NCBI RefSeq assembly: GCF_030028105.1
Contig: NC_092374.1
Location: 79,866,948 to 79,930,947, forward strand
Reading direction: 5' to 3'
DNA length: 64,000 nucleotides
From: Mobula birostris
Lineage: Eukaryota
Shown: positions 49,597 to 62,544 of the stretch, in pieces
How the letters are laid out: every line of letters starts with the position of its first letter
How positions within the stretch are numbered: the stretch's first letter is position 1
Made by a program: the position numbers and the translations under genes
Notes under the pieces: model-generated
Seen by the model: only the letters and a program-made list of their open reading frames with translations
What the model was told of the DNA's origin: nothing
The model's database searches: none

Positions 49597-52019
49597 TTAC
49601 CAGTGGTTCCTGTCCATGAATGAGGCTGTCAGAACAACAGAGAGCAGAGAAAGAGCTGTCACAGTCAGAGCCACAGACAGAACCACCACCGTCTCCACAA
49701 CTACAAAGCAACTAGAAACCATGGTCAGTGAGGGAGACACAAAAGGGCAAGTGGGAACAGTCAGTGGGCCAACTCACCCCCGAGATATCTCTCCTGTGTC
49801 CGAGGTTGAATCTCACTCAGGGAATAGGTTGCCCGGTGGGTCGTAGTGTCCAGAATGACCAGGGGTCCCAATAAAGCAAATTCCTCCCAATTCAGTCCAG
49901 CACTCCTCCCTGCAGAATCACGCATTCCAGTTAGTGGCTGGTGTGGGAAAGAGAGAAGGCACATTCTACCACCCAGACCTTCAACGTCTTACCAGTTTCA
50001 GGAACAAGCTCCCTCTTTCCTCTGGAAGGAATCGGAACTTGTCTGTTAATTCAGGTAACTGCTGGGTGAATTCACTGCTGAGATCCTCGACTAATGCCCT
50101 TGCTGAAGTTCTCCTAAAATGGCTTCCTGCAGTTGCTCATGTGACAACAGGCATAAACATAAACGCATGATTCTTCCAGTGGAATCTAGCTAATCCATCA
50201 GTCAGGTGGGAGTACACTTCACCAGGAACCCTCCCGAGGGGGAGGTGGGACGCTCACATTCTGCATCTTCTAGAAAGTACAAGCTTTGCTCATGGAATCT
50301 CTCCGATCCACTGCAGCAACTCTCAGGAGACAGCTGCTGAAAACCTGGGGACACAATGAACAATTCATTTAGTGACTCGCTGGGAAACAGAGAACATCAC
50401 ATCTGGACTCTTCTTAACAAGGAACGTTTGTCTCCAAGGAAGAGGAATGCATCCAGGTTAAACCAGAGCAGGTCCAGCTCATGCTCACCTCTCGGCAGCA
50501 CGAAGGTTGAAGAGGAGTCATCAGCTCCACTGTCCAGCTGGCAGCTGGGGTTGAAAGGATATGAATTGAGTCAAGTGAAGCCACTGGGACAGGAGTAGCT
50601 GGAGAAAGCAGATAGCTCCTTACTCATTGTAGTCAATGATGGTGTATTTGGGATTAGAGTCTTTGTCTGGACTACACACTAGTCAATGTACAGCTTCAGG
50701 GGCCTGTTGATCATTGATACAGAGGCCTCAATGGGAATGAGGTCCCCCAGGTCGTAGATAGTGGAGGTGCGCTCTGTGACTCAATCATCTGGAGAACAAG
50801 ACAACAAGGGTTGGAGACATGGGTCTAACTCCCGATGGGAAACTCAGGAGGCCCACTCCCCACCCACCCAGCACACACCATTCATTAGATACAGTGAGAA
50901 TGACAGATGCCCTTCTCCAGCCTTGGTGGAGCTAAACAGAATTCAGGTGGGTTTGATCGGGTCACTGCTCACATTTCCCTTCCTGCAGGGGAGGAGAAGC
51001 CATTTTAGGAGAACTTCAGCAAGGGCATTAGTCGAGGATCTCAGCAGTGAATTCACCCAGCAGTTACCTGAATTAACAGCACTGGAAGGGAATGATGGCT
51101 GCATTAGTTTGTACAATGACAGATCCGTGAGCTGGGGGGTATGGTTCAGATGGGAGGTGTAGACCAGGAAATCTCCAGCCATCTGAAAAACACAAGGAAC
51201 AGGGCTCAGTGCAGAGAGTGGGCAGTCTGGTCATAAAACTAGTCCCCGTCACAATTATTTCTGATCGACACAAGTCCCAGTTACTTGTCCTGTAACCCAT
51301 GCATTCAGTCCTCCCTTGAATGGAGTGAAATTTAATTTAACCACTTTGTAGGTTGCTGGGCTGCCTGTGACGAGAGAGGCATCAGAATCCACAATCCTCA
51401 CTGTTTCCGGAGTGCCAGCTGTGGCCAGTGGGGATCACTCACACCAAGAGAGATGCTCATTCATGAGGGTCCTGTCCCAAGACTTCAGCCAAATATAACA
51501 GCACCTTCAGTGCAGACCCACAGCAGATGCTGCCTCTTGGATGAACTTGTCCAATCCTTCAATCATTCCACTGCAACAAAGAAAGATTTCACTCTCTACA
51601 ACCACAGCAGGAGGCTGAAGGGAGCCATGAATAGCAGGAAGTACAAGGTCAGGAAGCGTGAATCAACTTCAAGCCATCCCTGGAACAAGAGCAAGTCACA
51701 ATTCCAGAGCCCAAGGAGAGGATTGATCACCCAGTGGTCAGGAGTCAATGTAAGACCCACCCAGACATCCAGCTCAGGATAAGAGTTGGAGAGGGCCCTC
51801 ACCTGCAATCTGCTACTACTCTCCTGGAGCCTAGAGTCAAAAACAATCATGTGGCTCTGGGAGAGGATCCCAGGTGGTCGACAACCTGTGGTCCTCAGTG
51901 TCAGGTCAGGTGCCCAGACCCAAATAAATCCCTGTGGACCCAGAGCAGTCGGTTGTGCTCCCCGCACTGCACTGTCACAGTCTGCAGTGGAGACACTCTT
52001 CATCCCTCACCCACTCCGA
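49597..52019 (-). pseudogene. zp3: ZP3-like pseudogene, copy 2
   Basis: Same exon series (exon 2 MAGDFLVYTSHLNHTP has an intact start here); shares stops with copy 1 and carries an extra 84-bp inverted insertion. Confidence 0.9.
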
Positions 52020-52099
52020 GTTCCATTGGAAGAATTTATAGTTTACTCTTACAATGGGACAAGCGTCCTCTATTTAAGATTAAATGAGATTGGGAAAAG

Positions 52100-55000
52100 G
52101 AACTTAATTTGATTTTTGTGACAGAGGACTGGACGCAGATTCATGAAGTTGGTTAGCTCTTCTTCGATCTGTGCTAGTCATTCACTGATTGTACACCGTT
52201 ACTATTTGACAAAGGAGAGATTGGTTGCCGGTGTCATGTTGCTAGGCTGTAATGTGTCCATCTTGTTGGATGTAATCGACTCAGGTGTGTTCTTCAGTTG
52301 AGCATCCAGTATCTGGTCCACATGACATCTCCATGTTTTATCTCCAACATCCACTGTGTACATCGGTGGCCCAGTTCTTGAAACTATCCTATCGGATGTC
52401 CACTTGTCTTCTCAGTAATCATGTGCTTGGTCTTCCTGTCCAACCTTGAAGCTCCTTGCTGATTTACTTGGAAACTGGCAGAATGGTTTATTCTGCACTT
52501 CCCTCTGTAGATCTGGTTTCAGGAAGTCTTTGCAAGATCTCAGATTCATGAACAGCATTGCAAATGTTTGATTTGTCATCACATAAACAGAGTTCCAAAA
52601 CACAAGAAAGAAGTTGTTCACCTTATGCTGAAGAGAAATGTCCTTCTTGTCCATCACTTTAATGTACTTGAAAGTTTGGATAAACTTTTCAGCTAACATA
52701 TTCGTTGCTGGGTGGTGAAGAGCTGACTTGAAATGACTGATGCCATTTTACTTCACGAATAGTCTGAGCTCTTCTGATGTGTATTGTGGTCCGTTGTCAC
52801 TCACAATTTGTTCTGGTAAGCTATGTCTGAAGAAGATAGTCCTCAGAGCAGAAACAGTCTTTTCTGATATGGTTGATTTCATTGGTATGAAATCAGGCTA
52901 CTTCAAATGAGCATCCACAGCAATCAGAAACACAAAGTTCATGAATGGCCCAGCAAAGTCAATATGTGCACTTCACCGCACTGAAGATGGCCACTCCCAC
53001 GGATGAAATGTGCCTGTGGGGGTATATTTTGAACTTTGTGTCATCCTGAACAGCTTTTGGTCAAGTTTGCATTCTGTCTATCTATTCCTGGCCACCACAA
53101 GTAGCTCTGGGTGAGACTCTTCATCTTGACTGTACCCAGGTGCCTTCATGAAGATTTTCTAACTCTGGTGGCCCATTTAGAGGGAGCCACGACACGAAAT
53201 CCACACATCATGATTCTTTGACACACAGATAGTTGGTCTTATCTCGCTGAGGACTCTGGAAACACGGGATTACCATGAGCTGGCCATCTTTGCGTGGCGA
53301 TGTCATTGACTTTTGACAATTTTGAATCATTCCTTGTTCCTCTTTGTATCTCAGAATTTGTTACCAGCAACTGGTCCACCAATACTGTGTGGAACGCCTC
53401 TGTTGGGTCACAGTATGAAGATTTTTCTTCTTCAGTTCCAAATAGTGTAAGACATGACAAACCATCAGCGTTGCTGTGTTGTTTTGGTACCCTTGAAGTC
53501 TATGTCATAAGAATGGCTCCCAGGAAAAGTGCCCTATGTTGCAACTGGGCAGCAGACATCATTGGGGTTCTCTTTCTGCGATTGAGAATGGACACAAGGG
53601 ACTGATGGTCTGTCAATAGAGTAAACTTTTGTCCGTAGAGGTAGTGGTGGAACTTCTTTATTCCCCATTCTAGACTAAGAGCCTCGCGGTCGATTTGTGC
53701 GTAATTGCGTTTTGCGCTCATCAGTGATCTTGAAGCAAATGCAATCAGATGTTCAGATCCATCTTTCAAAATGGCATCAATGCCATAAGGAGATGTATTG
53801 CACACCAGTCTGCTGGGCAGCGATGGGTCATAATAGGTGAGCAGTTCATCTGATGTTATTATTTTGTTTCCTTGAATACTCTTTTACATCTTTCTGACCG
53901 TTCTCACTTTGCTCCTGTCTGTAACAGTACATTCAATGGATACAGCACTGTAGCAATGTTTGGGAGAAAACAGTGGTATTAGTTTACAAGGCCCAAGTAT
54001 GACCTGAATTGTAACACATTTTCCAGTTTGGGTTCCTGTAGCACTGCTTCAGTCTTCTCTTGTGACTTATATAAGCCATGCTTGTCAATGACATGTGCAC
54101 AATGTGAAATTTCATTCTTGAAAAACTCGCATTTCTCTCTCTTTGTGTGCAGACCATACTCACTCAGCCTGGCAAGTACTTTACCAAGGTTCTGGAAGGG
54201 CTCTTCATCATTCTTGCTGGTCACACTGATGTCATCAAGGTAGCATTGTGTTCCTGGGATATCTTGGAGCACTTGGTCCATTGCTGGAGCTGAAGTGATG
54301 CCAAAGGCAAGATGATTATACTGAAACAGTCTCTTATGAGTGTCGATTGTGAGGAATTTCCTGCTTGACTCCTCAATCTCCATTTGCAGATAGGTTTGTG
54401 ACAAGTCAATCTTTGAAGACCTCTCTCTGCCTGCCAAAGATGCAAAAATTTCTCTATTCGTGGCAAGAGATACTGCACAGTACACAGCACTGGGTTGATG
54501 TTCACTTTGAAATCCCACATATGTGAATGGCTCTGGCCTTCCCTTTCTTGATCACAGGACAGTGGGTGTGGCCCAATCTCTCCACTCAACCTTAAAGAGA
54601 ATGCCAGATGCCTCCAAGCTCTGTACTTCAACATATTCTTTAGGACGTAGTGCGTAAGGCACTGGATGCTCTTTATGGAATCTTGGTGTTGCTGCTTCAT
54701 CCTGTTCACTTCTGCCCTTCATGCCTTTGAGTTTACCAATACCCTTCTCAAGCACCTTCTCGTTAATATTTAGCTGTAATAGTCTCTGGTTAGTGCTACC
54801 ATTTGGGCTGCAGTTGCCTGTTGATGGTACATTGAGAGCTAAATTGTGTACCAGTCTAGTAGAATTTTTCTCAACCATTCATATCCAAAAAGTGCTGGCC
54901 CTTCACTTTTCAACATATAAAGCTCTAACTGCTGGGTCTTGCCTTGTATCTCACATTCACTTACAGTTTGCCTTTGCAAATCACTTTTTTGCCTGTGTAG

Positions 55001-55925
55001 GTCTTTAGCATCACCAAGGTCTTTTTTAAAGGTAGCTTAGAAATCAGTCTTTTGCAGTCAGCCTCTGAAATTACAGACAAAGCTAATACTGTATCCAGCT
55101 CCATTTTCAGTTTTACACCAGACACATCTGTTGTGGTCCATATGATTTTGCAATCTGCTTCAGTAATGCTATGCAGTTCCAGGCATGACAGCTCACCTGT
55201 GTCAGACTCTGTGTTGTCTGATTCAGTTTCACATTTAGTCACTTTATTTATTTCTTTAGTTTTGTGTTTGAAACTTTTCAATATGTGTGGTTTTTCCTCT
55301 TTGGTTGTGCTTTTTATCTGACTTTGTCTGCAACACTTTCTGCAACCTTTTCTTTGAACCAACAGTCATTTGCATCATGGGAGGATTTGCCATATCGATA
55401 ACATTTTTGGCTTTATGTTCCATTCAGGGACGTTTTGTGCATTTTACATTCTAAACTATTTTTCTGTAGTTTGTAGCCGTCCTTTGCTGCCATCTCTAAT
55501 GATATTGCAATGGTCAATGCCTGTTCGAAGGTTAGGTCTCTTTCCAACAGTAGCCTCTTTTGACTCTTTTGGCTTTGACTATGTATACCACATAGAAGCC
55601 TGTCCTTTAATGTATCAGAAAGTCCATCTCTAAAGTCACAGTATTGGGAAAGTTTGCACAGTTCTGCAATGTATTCAAAAATGCTTTCATTCTCAAGTGA
55701 TTTGGCAAGATTGCAACAATTTCATCGTACATCTTGTTTGCTGGCTTTTCTGGAGTTACTAAGCTGCATAAGAGACTATACATTCTGGCACCCATGAAGC
55801 TAAGAAGTGTGGAGACTTTCTTTACCTCATCCACATCGTTAGCATTGCAATACAGTTCAACCCCCTGAATATACCAATCCTAATCCTCATTAGCACTATC
55901 AACTTTCCTGACTAAGGCTATCATC
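52100..55925 (-). mobile_element. Decayed Gypsy (Mag-like) gag-pol internal region; LTRs not seen
   Basis: gag (LLSFMGARMYSLLCSLVTPEKP), PR (KMELDTV), RT (KIDLSQTYLQ, YLDDISV), RH (SPYGI..IAFASRSL..TDHQSL), IN (HIDFAGPF, SDNGPQYTS) in canonical PR-RT-RH-IN order. Confidence 0.92.
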
Positions 55926-57089
55926 ACGTTATTTTTACTTTAGCCTTGCTAGTTGTGCATCTTTCACTGTGCACTGTAACTCACGTGCCCTTTCGGGACA
56001 GCAGCAGTCGATGTTTCGGGCTGAGACCCTTCATCTTCTCATCTTTTTTTTCCAGTCCTGTTGAAAGGTCGAAATGCCAACTGTTTATTCTTTTTCATAG
56101 ATGCTGCCAGAAGTGATTGCATCAATGTGTTGAGACCACAATGGATCCTCTGGCATGTTGGTGACTAGGAATTTAAAGGTGCTCATTCTCTCTACCTCTG
56201 ACCCCTCAAAGCAGACTGCTATGTGTTCTTCCCTTATCTGAAGATGACAAGGTTGTGGGAGTGTTTGCTTCTGCTGTGGATGGTCCGCACTACTTTACAC
56301 TAGCCCAGCTCTCAGCAGCTATGGCTGTCCCAAGACCACCCTATCACAATGCAGGGAGTGCATCAGGTGAAGCTGGAATAGTGTCTCCACAGCAACGATG
56401 TGGTTGTCACTTTAGTGGAGGGGTACATCTGCCACAGGTAGAATGGTTAGGAGGAGATCATGCAGATTTATCCCCAAGGTGGTTCACTCACGTTCTAGCG
56501 TTAACCAGTCTGATCATCCAGTCCTTCAGAATTCAGCCAGCTCGATTGGCACTGAAGTCCCCAGCCAGAGTACAGTCTGAACTTCTGCTACTTTCAGTGT
56601 TCCTAGTAGTTGTTCCACTCTGCTTCACCAGCTGAGGGAGTATGGGATGTGGTAACAGGAAAGAAGTTTCTACGTCCATGTTAGGCCTGGCACCATGAGA
56701 TATCAAGACAAGTACCATTCCTTACGGGTGCAATGAAAAGCTTGCTTTCAGCTGCATCACAGGCATTGGGTTCATAAAACAAGCAGAACATAATTATCCA
56801 TAAATTGTATAGGACAGTGAAGAAAAGGATTGTGCAAAGCAAGATATTAGCGCAAACATGAACCGAGTCAGAGACATGTCCATGGCAGTGGAAGAGGTGG
56901 TCTGCATTGTTCCATTGTGCAGACTGGTTCAAAACCTGGTGGCTGTAGGAAAGAAGCTTCCTAAACCTAGTGATGTGTGTCTGAATTCAGTGTTGAAGTC
57001 TTGAAATCTGGCAAACTGCCCTTTAAAGAACTCCTATGTGTCAATTAAGACTTATCCACTAAGAGCTGCCCCCAATCTCCTATCCCCAG

Positions 57090-57700
57090 CAAGCTATAGC
57101 ATGGCCTGGGATGGAAACACCAATGCCCAAGGATGACAAAAGCCTACAAAAATTAGTAGATGTGGCCCAGTCCATCACAGGAAAAGCACTCCCCACCATT
57201 GAGCACATCTACAAGTAGCACAGTCACAACAAAGCAGCATCCATCATCAGAGACCCCTACCACCCAGCCCACACTCTCTTCTCATTGCTGCCATCCGGAA
57301 GGGGGTACAGGAGACTTAGGTTCCACAGCACCAAGTTTAGGAACAATTATTACCCCTCAACCATCAGGCTCCTGAACTGGCATGGATAACTTCACTTACC
57401 TCAACACTGAACTGATTCCACAACCAACGGACTCACTTTCAAGGAAATCCACAACTCATGTTCTCAATATATTGATTTATTTGTTTGTTTATCTATCTAT
57501 GTGTTTATTTATTTATTACTTTTTTAGTTGCACAGTTTGCCTTCTTTTGCAGATTGGTAGTTCATTGGTCTTTGTGTGTAGTTTTCATTCGATTCTATTG
57601 TGTTTCTTTGTTTTAGTATGAATGCCTGCAGGTAAATGATTCTTGGGGTGGAATAAGGTGACATTATATACTTTGATAATAAATTTACTTTGAACTTTGA
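57090..57700 (+). mobile_element. Rex/L2-type LINE 3' fragment with (TGAACTT)n tail
   Basis: AASIIRDP.HP.H.LFSLLPSGR motif; AATAAA followed by ACTTTGAACTTTGA. Confidence 0.7.
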
Positions 57701-57782
57701 AGCTCATGCTCAATAATTTTACAAATAGCCTTTCTCCGATTTGACACTTTACACTTAACTACCTGAAGCCTTACAGAGGGGT

Positions 57783-58085
57783 GGAACAGTAGCGTAGTGG
57801 TTAGCTCAACGCTTTACAGTACCAGCAACCCAGGCTCAATTCCTGTTGCTGACTGTAAGGAGTTTTATGTTCACCTCATAATTGCATGGGTTTCCTTCGG
57901 GTGCTCCGGGTTCCTCCCACAGTCCAAAGATGTACCGTTTTGTGGGTTAATTGGTCATTGTAAATTGTCCCGTGATTAGGTCAGGGTTAAATTGTGGGAT
58001 TGCTGGCAGCATAACTCAAAGGGCCAGAAGGGCCTACTCTATGCTGTATCTCAATAAAATAAAAATAGATGAATAAATAAATAAG
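57783..58085 (+). mobile_element. tRNA-derived V-SINE with A-rich tail
   Basis: TAGCGTAGTGGTTAG (A box), GGCTCAATTCC (B box), V-core GGGTTTCCTTCGGGTGCTCCGGGTTCCTCCCACAGTCCAAAGA, (AATAA)n tail. Confidence 0.8.
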
Positions 58086-59214
58086 TGAAGGTTAATGTTT
58101 CCACTAAAACTCAGATCACCAGATTTACTAGGGTTCAGTTGGACTCTGGTCACCAGTTAATTCAGGCAAGATTCAACGTCCCTCTTCCTTCAGTACTGGT
58201 GCTGGTGCCACATGAACTGGAGTCCTTTTCCCATGTTGAACACTTAGCCATGTATTCAAATCCTGATTAACCTGATGCCATTATACGTGGAGCATTGCTA
58301 ACAACCTGAAGATCTGGCCTTTTTAAATCTGTGTGGTCCTGCATTTTAATTTACACGCCAGCTGCTGCTACACCTCAACAGAACCTCTTTCTTAGTCTTA
58401 TCAATATCTTTGGTAACTACATGGACCATAACAGTGGGATCTTCTACCTCCCATTCCAAGTTCTCTGACATCCTCAAGTAGAACTGCACCACGCAGTCAG
58501 TACAGCCTTCAGGGCACGAGTTTCACAGCTGCAGAAAGCAGAGCCTGTACCGTACCGCTAAGTACCTTATCACTGCTACATCCCTTTTCACCCTGAACCT
58601 GAATGTCCCCTGTGTCACGGTCGCCCTTCCAGCCTGCAATTCTGCTCATCCAAACAGGTTGTGAGAATGACAGGGCTGTTGGACAAATGCATGGGCTGTG
58701 GTTTCTGCACTGGCACCTTCTGAATCCCTGTCCTTGCCTGACCGGAGGCTCAGGTCTCGACAAAGGGTCTCAATCCAAAATGTCCCTTGCATAGATGCTG
58801 CCTGACTTTCTGAGTTCCCCTGGTACTTTGTGTGTGCTGTTCAGTATTTCTATCATCTGCTGAATTGCCTGTGTTCACTTATACGTTCATCATCCAGATC
58901 AATATCTTTGACTCAATATTTCCTGACCTGCAGACATGTTCTACGCTTGGGATTGCTGTGGATTAGAGAAGTCTCTACAAGATCCCCAATGCTGGAGCTT
59001 CCTTCCAACACACATTATCTACACTTTGCTTAGGTATCCTTCAATCTCCTTCTCCCTCATCAACATGCAGCATTGTGGCATCACCGAACCATACTGCACG
59101 AAAGTAGATCTTCTTTCCGCAGGTCCATGCCATCTATTACCACCCGTTTACACTCACCCTGCATTAATCCCGGCTTTTTCATCCATGTTATATGGGAATA
59201 TCACTAACAGCTGA

Positions 59215-60040
59215 AGACCCCTGTAGAACAGCATTAATCACAGGTCTCTAGCCAAAGGAAGTCCCATCGACAACTATGCCTTGTCTTCTATGAGCAAACC
59301 AATTCTGAATCCAAATATCCAAGTCACCATTGATCCTGTTGTATTATAATTTTCTGGGTGAGCTTGCAGATAGATAATATCTGCAGCTGTAGCTTCATTA
59401 ACCTTTGCCATCTCAGTGAAAACCTCAATCAATTTAGTAAGACATGACCTGACCTGCACAAAGTCAGTCTTTCTGCCCCTAATTAGACCATGCTTTACCA
59501 AATACTTGTAAATTCTATCCCTAACAATCCTCTCCAATAGCTTCCTTACCACTCACTCGGTCTAAATATAGTTTCCCACAATATCCCAATTTCCCATCTT
59601 GAACAACAGAACATTAGTTACTCACCAGTCCTCTAGGACCTCACTTTTGGCTAGAGAGGACAAAATGATACTGATCAAGGCCCCAGCAATCTCTTCGCTT
59701 GCCTCTCAATAATATGGAGCATATCACATCAGGTCCTGGGGACATTTCTACCTTAATGCTCTTTAAGAGGCCCAACACTACCTTCTCCTTTATCTCAAAA
59801 TGCCTGAGAATGTTAGTACGGACCACACTGATTTCACAATCCTCAATGTCCTTCTCCTGGTACATTTAGGACATCATCCACACCCTTTTCCGCCAAACTC
59901 ATGTTCTCTCTTTTGAGTTTGAGTGGCCCTGCACTTTCCATCACTAGCCTCTTGCTCAATGTATGTTTAGAATGGTTTGGAATTCTCTTTGGTCCTATTT
60001 GTTATTTCACGGGCCTTCCTGGCTTTCCTGATTCCCTTCA
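59215..60040 (-). mobile_element. Old CR1 fragment
   Basis: ORFs KLLERIVRDRIYKYL..SCLTKLIE and SPGPDVI. Confidence 0.75.
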
Positions 60041-60046
60041 CTTTTC

Positions 60047-62207
60047 ATAGAAACATAGAAAACCTACAGCATAATACAGGCCCTTTGGCCCACAAAGCTG
60101 TGCCGAGCATGTCCTAACCTTAGAAATTACCAAAGGTTTCCCATAGCCTTTTATTTTCCTAAGCTCCATCTACCTGTCCAGGAGTCTCTTAAAAAACCCC
60201 GCTGTATCCGCCTCCACCACCACCGCCGGCAGCACATTCCACACACTCACGCACTCTGCGTAAAAAACTTACCCCTAACATCTCCTTTGTACCTACTTCA
60301 AGCACCTTAAAACTGTGCACCCTCGTGCTAGGCATTTCAGCTCTGGGAAAAAGCCTCTGACTATCCACACGATCAATGCCTCTCATCCTCCATCTCTCCA
60401 AGGAAAAAAGGCCGAGTTCACTCAACCTATTCTCATAAGGCATGCTCCTCAATCCAGAAAACATCCTTGTAAATCTCCTCTGCACCCTTTCTATGATTTC
60501 CATATCCTTCCTGTCGCGAGGTGACCAGAACTGAGCACAGTACTCCATGTGGGGTCTGACCAGGGTCCTATACAGCCGCAACATTACCTCTCAGCTCTTG
60601 AACTCAATCCCACAATTGATGAAGGCCAATGCACCGTATGCTTTCTTAATCACAGGGTCAACCTGCGCAGCAGCTTTGAGTGTCCTATGGACTCGGACCC
60701 CAAGATCCCTCTGATCCTTCACACTGCCTAGACTCTTACGAGTAATAATATATTCTGCCATCATATTTGTCCTCCCAAAATGAACCACTTCACACTTACC
60801 TGTGTTGAACTCCATCTGCCACTTCTTAGCCCAGTTTTGCATCCTATCAACGTCCCGCTGTGACCTCTGACAGCCCTCCACGCTATCCACCACACACCCA
60901 ACCTTTGTGTCATCAGCAAACTTACTAACCCATCCCTCCACTTCCTCATCCGGGTCATTTGTAAAAGTCATGAACAGTAGGGGTCCCAGAACAGATCCTT
61001 GAGGCACAGCACTGGCCACTGGCCTCCATGCAGAATATGACCCATCTACAACCACTCTTTGCCTTCTGTGGGCAAGCCATTTCTGGATCCACAAAGCAAT
61101 GTCCCCTTGGATCCCAGGTCTCCTTACTTTCTCAATAAGACTTGCATGGGGTACCTTATCAAATTCCTTGCTGAAATTCATATATACTACATCTACTGCT
61201 CTACCTTCATCAATGTGTTTAGTCACATCCTCAAAAAACGTAATCAGGTTCGTAAGATATGACATGCCTTTAACAAAACCATGTTGACTATTTGGAATCA
61301 TATAATGCCTCCCCAAATGTTCATAAATCCTGCCTCTCAGGATCTTCTCCATCAACTTACCAACCACTGAAGTAAGACTCAATGGTCTATAATTTCCTGG
61401 GCTATCTCTACTCCCTTTCTTGAATAAAGGAACAACATTCGCAACCCTCCAATCCTCCAGAACCTCTCCTGTCCCCATTGATGATGCAAAGATCATCGCC
61501 AGAGGCTCAGCAATCTCCTGCCTCGCCTCCCACAGTAGCCCGGGGTGTATCTCGTCCAGTCCCGGTGACTTATCCAACTTGATGCAAGCTCCAACACATC
61601 CGCTTTCTTAATATCTACATGCTCAAGCTTTTCAGTTCGCTGTAAGTCATCCCTACAATCGTCAAGATTCTTTTCTGCAGTGAATACTGTATTCATTAAG
61701 CACCTCTGCTATCTCCTCCGGTTCCATACACACTTTTCCACTGTCACACTTGATAGGTCCTATTTTCTCACGTCTTATCCTCTTGCTCCTCACATACCTG
61801 TAGAATGCCTAGGGTTTTCCTTAATCCTGTCCGCCAAAGCCTTCTCATGGCCCCTTTGAGCTCTCCTAATTTCATTCTTAAACTCCTTCTTGCTAGCCTT
61901 ATAATCTTCTAGATCTCTATCATTACCTAGTTTTTTGAATCTTTCGTAAGCTTTTCTTTTCATCTTGACTAGATTTACAACAGCCTTTGTACACCATGGT
62001 TCCTGTACCCTACCATCCTTTCCATGTCTCATTGGAACATACCTATGCAGAACCCCATGCAAATATCCACTGAACATTTGCCACATTTCTGCTGTACATT
62101 TCCCTGAGAACATCTGTTCCCAATTTATACTTCCAAGTTCCTGCCTGATAGCCTCATATTTCCCCTTACTCCAATTAAATGCTTTCCTAACTTGTCTGTC
62201 CCTATCA
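60047..62207 (-). mobile_element. Younger 5'-truncated CR1 LINE with near-complete RT
   Basis: ORF 60591-61577 (KSPGLDEIHP, NYRPLSLTS, SQHGF, VPQGSVLGP, KFADDTK); 3' tail TTTCTATGTTTCTATG at ~60047. Confidence 0.93.
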
Positions 62208-62544
62208 TATTTGTGTTGGAAATATATTTAAAGTGACACAACACCCTGTGGTAAGGGAATTAAATGATCACTGAAATGTTTCTCCTTAAAAGAAACATAC
62301 AATTTTCATTGTTCGTGTACCCAGTGATCAGATTAAACAAAGTGTCAGTTGTCATGGTAACACACTGTACTGCTACTGCTAAAAGCTGGTTTTCATGAAA
62401 TTTCTACCCTGGGTCTCTGTGCCTATGGAATAAGGTTGAACAGTTCTGTTTGCAGGAGAAGTGTGAACAGCACTCATATCAGATTGAAGTGGAAAGGGTG
62501 AGCAATTCCAAGTCCCTGGATGTCAACATCTCTGAGGATCTGTG

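Larger units (their letters stand above)
41760..52099. repeat. Tandem segmental duplication: 41760-46830 and 46929-52099, with a 98-bp CR1 3'-end filler at the junction
   Basis: Colinear match from TTATTTCCTG..GAGCATCAAGAAAGCTC to GATTGGGAAAAG in both copies. Confidence 0.95.

Noticed and set aside
44100-52112. Duplicated plus-strand ORFs (e.g. 45094-45336, 46465-46989, 50761-51162) as genes
   Set aside because: They are antisense shadows of the ZP3 exons and introns.
57783-57860. Additional tRNA genes at SINE heads
   Set aside because: A/B boxes are present but there is no cloverleaf, and they run into the V-SINE core.
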